The notes: generated from the sequence alone by a model not told the origin. Positions 1 to 8,254 are shown, numbered from the stretch's first letter. The stretch: 36,371 nucleotides of DNA from Minisyncoccia bacterium (GCA_049971465.1 JBMFLB010000003.1:1-36371), one strand, 5' to 3'. Program-made: numbers and translations.

Positions 1-28
1 TTGATAAGATAAAAATTCATAGTATAAT
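1..28 (+). promoter_or_regulatory. Sigma70-type promoter for the small Pro-rich ORF
   Basis: TTGATA (1-6), 16-nt spacer, TATAAT (23-28), 37 nt upstream of the ATG at 66. Confidence 0.6.
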
Positions 29-50
29 TTTTGTAGAATCCTTAAAAAGA

Positions 51-60
51 AAGGAGGTGA
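51..60 (+). promoter_or_regulatory. Strong Shine-Dalgarno sequence
   Basis: AAGGAGGTGA ends 5 nt before the ATG at 66; it is the only clear consensus RBS I noticed in the window. Confidence 0.85.
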
Positions 61-65
61 ATAAA

Positions 66-173
66 ATGTCTGACAAGCCGGGGCCACACCCCGGTCCTTC
101 TGGTCCGGGTAAACCACATCCAAGCCCTCCGCCGCCTAAACCATATCCAGGGGCTCCTCCTAATCCTAAATAA
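66..173 (+). CDS. 35-aa proline-rich small peptide MSDKPGPHPGPSGPGKPHPSPPPPKPYPGAPPNPK (below the ORF-track cutoff)
   Basis: ATG 66 to TAA 173 translated by hand; perfect RBS, upstream promoter and downstream hairpin; 16 of 35 residues are Pro. Confidence 0.8.
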   Translation: MSDKPGPHPGPSGPGKPHPSPPPPKPYPGAPPNPK

Positions 174-201
174 ATGACGCGGCGAAAGGTACCATCGAGA
201 T

Positions 202-230
202 GGCGGGTTTTAAAACCCGCCCTTATTTAT
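202..230 (+). terminator. Hairpin / putative intrinsic terminator between the peptide and peptidase genes
   Basis: Perfect 20-nt palindrome GGCGGGTTTTAAAACCCGCC (202-221) followed by CTTATTTAT, an imperfect U tract. Confidence 0.6.
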
Positions 231-274
231 TAATCTAAGTTGATTTATAATTTAAATAAGCCATTTAATTAAAA

Positions 275-1387
275 ATGAATAATACACAAAAACAATCTAT
301 TTTAGGTTGCTTAGTACCTGTTGGTTCTGTTTATGAGAATAAAAAGCATAAAGGTTTATCTCATTTTTTAGAACATTTAATATCTTTATCATTAAAGAAA
401 AAGGAAATTCAAGAAAAATTGACAAGATTTAATATCTATTTTGATGCTCACACTTATGAATATTACACTTACTACAAATTTTACTGCCTCAAAAAATTTG
501 AAAAAGAAGCTTTAAAAATTATGAAAGATTTAATTCTAAATCCAGAATTTTCTCAAAAAGACATTTCAATTCAAAAAAGTGTGATTCTTGAAGAAATAAA
601 TAATAGAAAAGATTTATATTATAAAATTTGGGATGATATTAAAAAAACGGTTTTAAAGGATGAAAATGTTTCTGACCCAATAATTGGCTATCCTGAAAAT
701 ATTAAAAATTTTAATTTAAATATTATTAGGAATTGGTATAAAAATTTCTACAACAAAGCAATTTTTGTCAAATGGGAAAATGCAAAATTAATCTTTTTAA
801 ATGATATTCAAAAAATTTCAATCCAGCCACAACCTGTTTCAAAAATAAACCTTGAAAATAAAAAATTTATTTTTAAGAAACAACCAGCACCTGCTTTTGC
901 TCTTGCTTTAATTTTAAAAGACAATTTTGATTTTAAAGAAAGACTTGCTTTAGATATTTTTTATAGGATAATGTGCGGGGCGGAGGCGTCTTTACTCTAT
1001 CAAAAATTAATAATGTCTGGTTTGGCTTATAATCTTTATTGTTTTCCAGCTAATTACAATGGAGCAAGTTTAATTGTTTTTGGTGCTTATTCATCTCAAC
1101 CCCAGAAAATTTCACAAAAAATACAAAAAATTATTCAAAATTTTCCTAAACTTTTTAGCAAAAAATTATTTGCCATTTTTAAAGAATCTTACCTTAATTC
1201 ATTTTTAACTCAAATAGCCAATGGCAACATTATTGATTTTGTTTTTTATGAATTCAGCACCTTTGGAAAATACCATTCTTTAAACAAAACCTTAGATTAT
1301 CTAAAAAGCATTAATCAAGAAGATATAAACAAAATTTATCACAAAATTATAAAAAATAGCCATTGGAAATTTTTTTACTATAATTGA
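275..1387 (+). CDS. M16 (insulinase/pitrilysin) family zinc metallopeptidase
   Basis: VGSVYE...GLSHFLEH inverted zinc motif (HxxEH), downstream KSVILEEI glutamate ligand region, PIIG motif, and a C-terminal M16_C-like half (SLLYQKL...GLAY). Confidence 0.9.
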   Translation: MNNTQKQSILGCLVPVGSVYENKKHKGLSHFLEHLISLSLKKKEIQEKLTRFNIYFDAHTYEYYTYYKFYCLKKFEKEALKIMKDLILNPEFSQKDISIQKSVILEEINNRKDLYYKIWDDIKKTVLKDENVSDPIIGYPENIKNFNLNIIRNWYKNFYNKAIFVKWENAKLIFLNDIQKISIQPQPVSKINLENKKFIFKKQPAPAFALALILKDNFDFKERLALDIFYRIMCGAEASLLYQKLIMSGLAYNLYCFPANYNGASLIVFGAYSSQPQKISQKIQKIIQNFPKLFSKKLFAIFKESYLNSFLTQIANGNIIDFVFYEFSTFGKYHSLNKTLDYLKSINQEDINKIYHKIIKNSHWKFFYYN

Positions 1388-1499
1388 TTACTCCCCTATT
1401 ACAATCTGTTCTTGATTTTCTAAAATTTTTTCTGGTTTGCCGTGTACAAAAATAGAAATTTAATATATAGACTAGACTTATCGAGATTATCAAGCTTCT

Positions 1500-1912
1500 A
1501 TCATTAATCCTCAAGAGATTCATCTTCTCTTGAGAAAGTATAATATTTTCAATCAAGCAAACAGCAAAGATTCCTTCAAGAGCCGGAATAGTCAATATCT
1601 TAAGACCTTACCGACCTCAAACTAACGGCAAAGTAGAAGCTTTCTGGAAAATAATCAAGAGAGAATTCTTAACCAAGTACTTTTTCAAAGACTGGCGAGA
1701 ATTTAATCTCAAACTTCACCAGTATATGTATTACTACAATCAAGAGAGAAAACGTGGTGAAATTAACTACTTGATACCTACCGAAAAACTACTAAAATTA
1801 GAATTAGAAGATTTAAAAGGTCGAGACCACTCAATTAAAACTAATCAAGGTCGAGTTGAGGAAATCAATTTAACATCTAATCATTTCGTTACCGAATTGG
1901 TTAGATAGTACA
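1500..1912 (+). mobile_element. Degenerate IS481/IS3-like DDE transposase remnant
   Basis: The frame open from 1534 to 1908 reads RPYRPQTNGKVEAFWKIIKREF...YYYNQERKR...PTEKL, a typical rve integrase-core C-terminus. There is no start or N-terminal half. The sequence ends ...GATAGTACA at 1912, matching the TGT...ACA termini of IS481. The left boundary is uncertain. Confidence 0.8.
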
Positions 1913-1916
1913 TTTT

Positions 1917-3287
1917 ATGAAAAATTTTAATTTCAGAAGTGAAAAAGAAGTTTTGGATTTTTTAAAGGAAAATAAAATTGTTAGATTTGTCAGAATAATT
2001 TTTCCTGATGTTTTGGGGAGGGAAATGAGTTTTTGTTTGCCTTCAGAAAAAATGAAAAGAGCTTTTGAAATGGGGGCTGGATTTGATGGAAATTCAGTTG
2101 AAGGTTTTGCTAGAATTGAAGAATCAGATTTGATAATTTTACCAGATCCAAAAACCTTTAGAGTCTTGCCTTGGAATTATGAATTAGAAGATGTAATTTG
2201 GAAAGAAGCGGTTGTCTTTGGTGATATCTTTACCCCAAAGGATGAACATTTTGAAGGAGATTCAAGATATATTTTAAAGAAAACTTTAGAAAAGACAAAA
2301 AAGTTTGGCCAACTTTTTGTTGGTCCGGAATTGGAATTTTTTATTTTTGAATCGGAAAGAGAACCAAAATTTTTAGATTCAGGCGGCTATTTTCATGACG
2401 GAAAATGGGGCGAAATTAGAAAATTGGCTCAATTGTATTTAAAAGAAATGGGAATTGACTCAGATTATGACCATCATGAGGTTGCTCCAAGTCAGCATGA
2501 AATTGATTTGAAGTATTCGGATGCTTTAACAATGGCTGATTCAGTGATTTTGGCAAAATATGTCTTAAAAAGAATTGCCAAGAAATTGGGATTATTTGTC
2601 TCTTTTATGCCAAAACCAATTACGATTGTTAATGGCTCTGGGATGCATTTGCATTTGAGTCTGTGGCGGGCTTCTAAAAAGAAAAACTTGTTTTTCAAAG
2701 AAGGAAAAGATTCTCTCTCTAATTTAGCCAAAAAATATTTAATGGGATTGATTAAATATAGCAAAGAAATTCAGTTGGTCTTGAATCAATGGGTCAATTC
2801 CTACAAAAGATTGATTCCAGGTTATGAAGCTCCAGTTTATTTAGCCTGGGGAAGAAAAAATCGGTCAGCTTATATCAGAGTTCCAGAAACTCATTTGGCA
2901 AAGGCAAAAGAAGCTACCAGAATTGAATTGAGAAGTCCTGATCCTGCTTGTAATATTTATTTAGCACTAGCTATTATCCAAGCAGCCGGTGTTCAGGGAG
3001 TTAAGGAAAATTTAAAATTGATGCCGGCAGAAGAAAAAGACATTTATGAAATATCAAAATCTAAAATGAGGAAAAAGAAAATTAAAACCCTTTCTAATAA
3101 TTTGGAAGAGACACTGGAATTATTCAAAAAGAGCAAACTGACAAAAGAAACTTTGGGAGATCACATTTTCCAAAAACTAATCCAAAACAAAGAAATCGAA
3201 TGGCAAAAATACAAAAAAGCGGTCGGCAAGCGGTACGAAAAAGAAGTTTCCCCTTACGAAATAAAAGAATACTTACCTGTTTTATAA
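1917..3287 (+). CDS. glnA: Glutamine synthetase type I
   Basis: GFDGNSVEGFARIEESD, GPELEFF, HHEVAPSQHEID, FMPKP..VNGSGMHLHLSL, SYKRLIPGYEAP, NRSAYIRVP and RIELRSPDPACN motifs. Confidence 0.97.
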   Translation: MKNFNFRSEKEVLDFLKENKIVRFVRIIFPDVLGREMSFCLPSEKMKRAFEMGAGFDGNSVEGFARIEESDLIILPDPKTFRVLPWNYELEDVIWKEAVVFGDIFTPKDEHFEGDSRYILKKTLEKTKKFGQLFVGPELEFFIFESEREPKFLDSGGYFHDGKWGEIRKLAQLYLKEMGIDSDYDHHEVAPSQHEIDLKYSDALTMADSVILAKYVLKRIAKKLGLFVSFMPKPITIVNGSGMHLHLSLWRASKKKNLFFKEGKDSLSNLAKKYLMGLIKYSKEIQLVLNQWVNSYKRLIPGYEAPVYLAWGRKNRSAYIRVPETHLAKAKEATRIELRSPDPACNIYLALAIIQAAGVQGVKENLKLMPAEEKDIYEISKSKMRKKKIKTLSNNLEETLELFKKSKLTKETLGDHIFQKLIQNKEIEWQKYKKAVGKRYEKEVSPYEIKEYLPVL

Positions 3288-3410
3288 ATGCAAAAATTAA
3301 TTGAAATTAAAAATAATTGAAATTAAAAAGGTCCAGAGAATTATTTTTGTTGGGGATACGCATGGAGATCTGGAGGCGAGTCATAAGGTGATTAAGGATT
3401 ATTTGGTGTT
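3288..3410 (+). pseudogene. Frameshifted, truncated calcineurin-like metallophosphoesterase (Ser/Thr phosphatase-like)
   Basis: ATG at 3288 abuts the glnA stop. Removing one copy of a 16-bp duplication gives MQKLIEIKKVQRIIFVGDTHGDLEASHKVIKDYL, with a GDxHG motif. The frame ends inside the palindrome at 3411-3433. Confidence 0.75.
3298..3329 (+). repeat. 16-bp perfect tandem duplication TAATTGAAATTAAAAA x2
   Basis: 3298-3313 and 3314-3329 are identical. Confidence 0.95.
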
Positions 3411-3433
3411 TTATCGAGGTTGAACCTCGATAA
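3411..3433. repeat. Palindrome TTATCGAGGTTGAACCTCGATAA (REP-like), left copy
   Basis: 10-bp perfect stem with a TGA loop; the reverse complement recurs at 4898-4918. Confidence 0.92.
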
Positions 3434-3494
3434 TAGAGTAGAAGAAAAATCCAGTCGTACCCTCGCTTTTTCAAAATTTAGCAGTAATACCAAT

Positions 3495-4850
3495 ATGAAA
3501 AACATAGAAAATAAATTTAATACACCCAAAAACAAAAACAAAAAATTGAGCTCTGTTTTAATTTGGGGAGTTGTTTTCATTATTCTATTGGTTGGTGGAA
3601 GTGTTGGTTACACATTTTTGAATAAGCAAAATCCATCTATTTCTAATTCTAATCAGAACAATACCCTAACCTCTACAGTCCCAACCTCTACAGCCTCAAC
3701 AAAAATAAATATCATTTCTTTTGTAAGAGACGGGGATATTTTGATAGCCGACTTTGACGGTAAAAACGAGCATAAAATAACTTCTCATCCGGATACAAAA
3801 TTCCGTGTTTTAATTTCTCCTTGTGAATTCGGCTGCAGCGATGAAAAACCAATCATCCAAGAAAAGGATTTCAATAACAATTATTACTCTTTACCTCAAT
3901 TAAACTTTAATAAAAATTTTATTGCTTATTCTTGTCTATCTGATCAAACATTGAAAATAATTCAAGAGCGTCAAAAATTATCACAGCCATTACCAAACCC
4001 CGATCCTCTTAGTGACTTTAAAGCTCAATACAATCTTTGCATCACAGATCTTTCAAATAACAAGCAGTGGACTATTGACGTAGATGGAAATCCCGCAATC
4101 ATTGAATGGTCACCCAACGATGATACTCTTGCCGTGCTATCTAAATTTAGCAAAATACACATCATCCAGCGTAGCAGTGATAATTTTATACTTACAAAAT
4201 CATTTGATTATCAGTGGGGAGCATTTCATCTCGCGTTGAGTTGGTCGCCAAATGGTAAAATTTTGTTAGTCCCTTCAGCTCATAGGAAGGTTGCAACTGG
4301 TTATCAAAACGCAGAGACACTCTTACTACTGGACGTGGCGAGTGGAAAATACACAGACATCCCAGAAGATACTTCGCAAGATTTTGTTTTCTTTGGCGAC
4401 TGGCTTGATGATTCAAACATTATTTTTCCTCATAACAGCCAGACAAGTAATACCGGCATGGTGGTTACTAAAGAAAATATTCAGAATTTTACCGCAGAAA
4501 AAGTTTTCGAGGATAAAAATTTTAACTGGTTCGGCTTTATAAATTTGTCTCCTAATAAAAAGTATGCAGTTTATCCCTCCGGCGCCGATAGCACCGTGAC
4601 AATTGATTTCGATTTGACTATAAGAAATATGTCAAATGGACAATCTTACTTGTTATCGTCACTTTTCCCCGGAGCCGAGATTGGAAAAAAGCAATTCATA
4701 GAGGGACACAAATGGCTTTCGGATAATACTTTACTTTTCTCAATCTACGGCATCGATGATAAATATCACAGAACACCTTCGGTAATTTGGAGATTAAACC
4801 CGACAACTAAACAAACCACACCCATCATTGAGAATGCTCACATTTTCTAA
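3495..4850 (+). CDS. Membrane-anchored TolB/WD40-like beta-propeller protein
   Basis: Basic N-terminus, one TM helix (VLIWGVVFIILLVGGSVGYTFL), Ser/Thr linker, then repeated WSPN/LSPN blade motifs (EWSPND, SWSPNGK, LSPNKKY). ATG 3495 is preferred over the TTG at 3420, which lies inside the palindrome. Confidence 0.75.
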   Translation: MKNIENKFNTPKNKNKKLSSVLIWGVVFIILLVGGSVGYTFLNKQNPSISNSNQNNTLTSTVPTSTASTKINIISFVRDGDILIADFDGKNEHKITSHPDTKFRVLISPCEFGCSDEKPIIQEKDFNNNYYSLPQLNFNKNFIAYSCLSDQTLKIIQERQKLSQPLPNPDPLSDFKAQYNLCITDLSNNKQWTIDVDGNPAIIEWSPNDDTLAVLSKFSKIHIIQRSSDNFILTKSFDYQWGAFHLALSWSPNGKILLVPSAHRKVATGYQNAETLLLLDVASGKYTDIPEDTSQDFVFFGDWLDDSNIIFPHNSQTSNTGMVVTKENIQNFTAEKVFEDKNFNWFGFINLSPNKKYAVYPSGADSTVTIDFDLTIRNMSNGQSYLLSSLFPGAEIGKKQFIEGHKWLSDNTLLFSIYGIDDKYHRTPSVIWRLNPTTKQTTPIIENAHIF

Positions 4851-4876
4851 ACATTTAATTTTGGAAATACTTTTTC

Positions 4877-4930
4877 TATCGAGGTTCAACCTCCATATAT
4901 CGAGGTTCAACCTCGATAATAACTCGATAA
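4877..4930. repeat. Tandem 21-bp palindromes TATCGAGGTTCAACCTC(C/G)ATA x2 plus a partial third, right copies
   Basis: 4877-4897 (one mismatch), 4898-4918 (perfect) and CTCGATAA at 4923-4930. Confidence 0.92.
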
Positions 4931-4960
4931 ATAAATCTCAAAAACGCTAAAATTGTAATT

Positions 4961-5052
4961 TGGCGGAAGGGGCGAGATTCGAACTCGCGGTTCGCTTTAA
5001 TGCGAACACACGCTCTCCAGGCGTGCCCGTTAGACCACTCCGGCACCCTTCC
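4961..5052 (-). tRNA. tRNA-Ser(GGA)
   Basis: Minus strand reads GGAAGGG...CCCTTCC-G-CCA; anticodon arm CACGC-CTGGAGA-GCGTG, long variable arm, GTTCGAATC T loop, encoded CCA. Confidence 0.97.
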
Positions 5053-5106
5053 ATTTAATATCTATCAATAATATAACACAAATCAATTAAAAGATAAACA
5101 ATATAA

Positions 5107-6750
5107 CTACAAAAATTTATGATGCATTGCTGCTTTAATAAAAGCTTTAAATAAAGGATGAGGATGTAATGGCCGAGATGTAAATTCAGGATGAAATTGG
5201 GTACCAACAAAAAATGGATGTTTATTTTTTGGCAATTCTATAATTTCCATTAATCTTTTATCCGGTGAATAACCAGAAAAAATTAAACCATTATTTTGCA
5301 AAATTTCTACATATTGGGGATTAACTTCATAACGATGTCGATGTCTTTCTTCAATTTGTCTTTTTTTATAAACATTAAAAACTAATGAATTGTTTTTTAA
5401 TATTGTTGGATAATTACCTAAACGCATTGTACCGCCATAATTTTTGTTTTTAATTTTTTCTTTTTGCTCTGGCAATAAATCAATCACAGGATAAGCAGTG
5501 TTTTTATTTATTTCACTGGAATTAGCGCCTTTTAATTTACATACATTTCTTGCAAATTCAATAACCGCAAGCTGCATCCCATAACACAAACCTAAAAATG
5601 GTATTTTATTTACACGACAATAATGAATTGCTGCAATTTTTCCTTCCACTCCTCTTGAACCAAATCCGCCAGGCACAATAATTCCATTAAAATTTTTTAA
5701 AATATTTAACTTGTTTTTATGTTTTTCAAAATCTTCTGCATTAATCCATTCAATAACTGGTTTTTTACCCCAAAAATAAGCGCTATGTTTTATTGCTTCA
5801 ATAACTGAAATATATGAATCAGCTAAAATAAAATCTCCACTACCAAAATATTTTCCAACAATTCCAATTTTAACTATTTGTTTTGCATTTTTTGATTTAG
5901 TTACCATTAATTTCCATTGCTGCAAATTTGGCTTTTTAGCATTAATATGAAGTTTAGTCAAAATTTTATGACTTAAATTTTCTTTCTCAAAATTTAATGG
6001 AATTTCATAAATATTTTGCACATCAGGAGCAGAAATAATATCGTGATATTTTAAATTACAATTAAATGCAATTTTTTCCTTTCGTTTATCATCTAAAGGT
6101 ATTGTGGCGCGCGCTAAAATAAAATCTGGCTGTAAACCAACAGAATTTAAAGTCCTTACTGCATATTGAGTTGGTTTAGTTTTTAATTCACTATTTTTAT
6201 TTTGTAATGGCAAATAACTAACTAAAATTAAAATAATATCATTTGGATATTGAAATTTTAATATTCTTACTGCTTCTAAAAATAAAATATTTTGATATTC
6301 ACCTACTGTGCCGCCAATTTCAACAATAACAACTTCCGCATTTTCTTGATAGGCAGCATTATTTATTTTATTTATTATTTCCAATGGAATATGAGGTACA
6401 ACTTCAACGCATTTACCATTATATTGCAAATTTCTTTCTTTATTTATAACTGATAAATAAATACTGCCGGTAGTCATATAATTAGCACGATTTAAATCAG
6501 TATTTAAAAATCTTTCATAATTTCCCATATCTTGATCGCATTCCATTCCATCTTTTAATACAAACACTTCTCCATGTTCAATTGGATTCATTGTACCAGC
6601 ATCAACATTAACATAAGGATCAATTTTAACTGCTGTTACTTTTAATCCTCGTGATTGCAAAATTTTAGCAATGGAAGAAACTGCTACACCTTTGCCAACT
6701 CCTGACATTACTCCGCCTGCAACAAAAATATATTTTATTTTTTTTGTCAT
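5107..6750 (-). CDS. pyrG: CTP synthase
   Basis: KYIFVAGGVMSGVGKG, KIDPYVNVDAGTMNP, PGGFG.RG, GLCYGMQ, ERHRHRYEVN and QFHPEF motifs. Confidence 0.98.
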   Translation of the reverse strand: MTKKIKYIFVAGGVMSGVGKGVAVSSIAKILQSRGLKVTAVKIDPYVNVDAGTMNPIEHGEVFVLKDGMECDQDMGNYERFLNTDLNRANYMTTGSIYLSVINKERNLQYNGKCVEVVPHIPLEIINKINNAAYQENAEVVIVEIGGTVGEYQNILFLEAVRILKFQYPNDIILILVSYLPLQNKNSELKTKPTQYAVRTLNSVGLQPDFILARATIPLDDKRKEKIAFNCNLKYHDIISAPDVQNIYEIPLNFEKENLSHKILTKLHINAKKPNLQQWKLMVTKSKNAKQIVKIGIVGKYFGSGDFILADSYISVIEAIKHSAYFWGKKPVIEWINAEDFEKHKNKLNILKNFNGIIVPGGFGSRGVEGKIAAIHYCRVNKIPFLGLCYGMQLAVIEFARNVCKLKGANSSEINKNTAYPVIDLLPEQKEKIKNKNYGGTMRLGNYPTILKNNSLVFNVYKKRQIEERHRHRYEVNPQYVEILQNNGLIFSGYSPDKRLMEIIELPKNKHPFFVGTQFHPEFTSRPLHPHPLFKAFIKAAMHHKFL

Positions 6751-7649
6751 TAAATGTTTAAATTTTTTAATGCTGCAATTCGTTCTTCAATTGGTGGATG
6801 AGTCATAAATATTTTATGATACCAAGGAGTTTTTTTAGAATTTTTATAAGGATCACTAATCCATAAATGTGCAGTTGATGTATTTACAAATTTCATTGCC
6901 GTTGTATCAGCAGCAATTTTTTCTAAAGCATTAATTAATCCATTTGGATAGCGAGTTAACAAAACACCACTTGTATCAGCCAATGATTCTCGTTTGCGAG
7001 AAATTGCTAATTGAATTAACATTGCTCCTAATGGGGCAAGTATTGATAAAACAATTCCTATTAACAAAAAAATTCCATTATTATTTTCTCGGTCATCACT
7101 GCCGCCACCAAACCAAAATACTGATCTTAAAAAAATATCAGAAACCATTGAAATAATCCCAGCTAAAATTACAACAATAGTTGAAACCAAAATATCACGA
7201 TTTCCTATATGTGATAATTCATGTGCTAAAACACCTTCTAATTCTGTTTTATTTAATTTAGTAAGTGCTCCTTGAGTAACAGCAATAACCGCATTATTTG
7301 CATCTCTACCAGTAGCAAAGGCATTTATTTGCATTTCTGGTACAATATAAATTTTAGGCATTGGCAAACCAGCAGTAATACAAAGATTTTCTATTAATCG
7401 ATATAATTCTAAATAATCATTTTTATCCGCAGGTTGGGCGCGTGATAAAGACAAAGCAAGTTTATCTGAATAATAATAACTAACCAAAGATGTAATAATA
7501 CTAAAAATAACAGCAATAAATAAAATTATTTGTTCGTGCAAAAGATAGGAAAAAAACCAACCCAATCCAATAATAAAAACCAAAAATACTGTAAACAAAA
7601 AATAAGTTTTTCTAATATTAGAATCTTTATATTGGTATAAATTTGCCAT
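6750..7649 (-). CDS. htpX: Zinc metalloprotease HtpX (M48)
   Basis: NAFATGR, AHELSH (HExxH), SRKRESLAD and THPPIEERI motifs, TM helices, downstream of lemA. Confidence 0.95.
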   Translation of the reverse strand: MANLYQYKDSNIRKTYFLFTVFLVFIIGLGWFFSYLLHEQIILFIAVIFSIITSLVSYYYSDKLALSLSRAQPADKNDYLELYRLIENLCITAGLPMPKIYIVPEMQINAFATGRDANNAVIAVTQGALTKLNKTELEGVLAHELSHIGNRDILVSTIVVILAGIISMVSDIFLRSVFWFGGGSDDRENNNGIFLLIGIVLSILAPLGAMLIQLAISRKRESLADTSGVLLTRYPNGLINALEKIAADTTAMKFVNTSTAHLWISDPYKNSKKTPWYHKIFMTHPPIEERIAALKNLNI

Positions 7650-7651
7650 AA

Positions 7652-8206
7652 TTAAAATTGAACTTTAACTGGTTCTTTTTCTTCAGAAGTTAAATTACCA
7701 AAAAATTCCATTGGCACAAAATGAAATATTTTAACCACAATATTATTAGGAAATGTTTGGAGCATTGTATTATAATTCATAACCATATTGTTATAAAATC
7801 TTCTTGCAGCTTGTATTTTATCTTCAGTATCAGTTAACTCATCTTGCAATTTAGCAAAATTTTCATTTGCTTTTAACTGCGGATAATTTTCAGCAACAGC
7901 AAATAAATTTTTTAATGCTCCGCTTAAATTATCTTCTGCTACTGCTTTATCTTTTAAATTTTGAGAATTTAATGCTTGCGCTCTCATCGCAGTTACTGTT
8001 TCAAAAACCGATTTTTCATGTTGCATATATCCTTTTACTGTTTCAACTAAATTTGGTATTAAATCATATCTACGTTTTAATTGAACATCAATATCAGCCA
8101 AACCTTCTTGACAACGATTTTTAGATCTAACTAACGAATTATAAATAAACACCAACCAAATAATAAACAAACCAATAATTAATAAAACAATTTGTAAAGT
8201 ATTCAT
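7652..8206 (-). CDS. lemA: LemA family protein
   Basis: N-terminal TM helix, IDVQLKRRYDLIPNLVETVKGY, AVAENYPQLKA and ARRFYN motifs. Confidence 0.96.
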   Translation of the reverse strand: MNTLQIVLLIIGLFIIWLVFIYNSLVRSKNRCQEGLADIDVQLKRRYDLIPNLVETVKGYMQHEKSVFETVTAMRAQALNSQNLKDKAVAEDNLSGALKNLFAVAENYPQLKANENFAKLQDELTDTEDKIQAARRFYNNMVMNYNTMLQTFPNNIVVKIFHFVPMEFFGNLTSEEKEPVKVQF

Positions 8207-8254
8207 ATTTATAAATATATATTAATTTATAAAAAAATCAAACAAAAATACTTA

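Noticed and set aside
201-206. TGGCGG as an att duplication of the tRNA-Ser 3' end (4961-4966)
   Set aside because: Only 6 nt match, and they overlap the terminator stem.
1443-1485. TGTAC at 1443 as the IS left end, and TTATCGAG at 1478 as another palindrome copy
   Set aside because: Only 5 nt match the inverted right end, and the 8-mer has no second arm; both are compatible with chance.
4877-4930. CRISPR array or integron attC site
   Set aside because: The repeats are directly adjacent with no spacers and there are no cas or intI genes. The hairpin is too short and lacks attC R/L box architecture.
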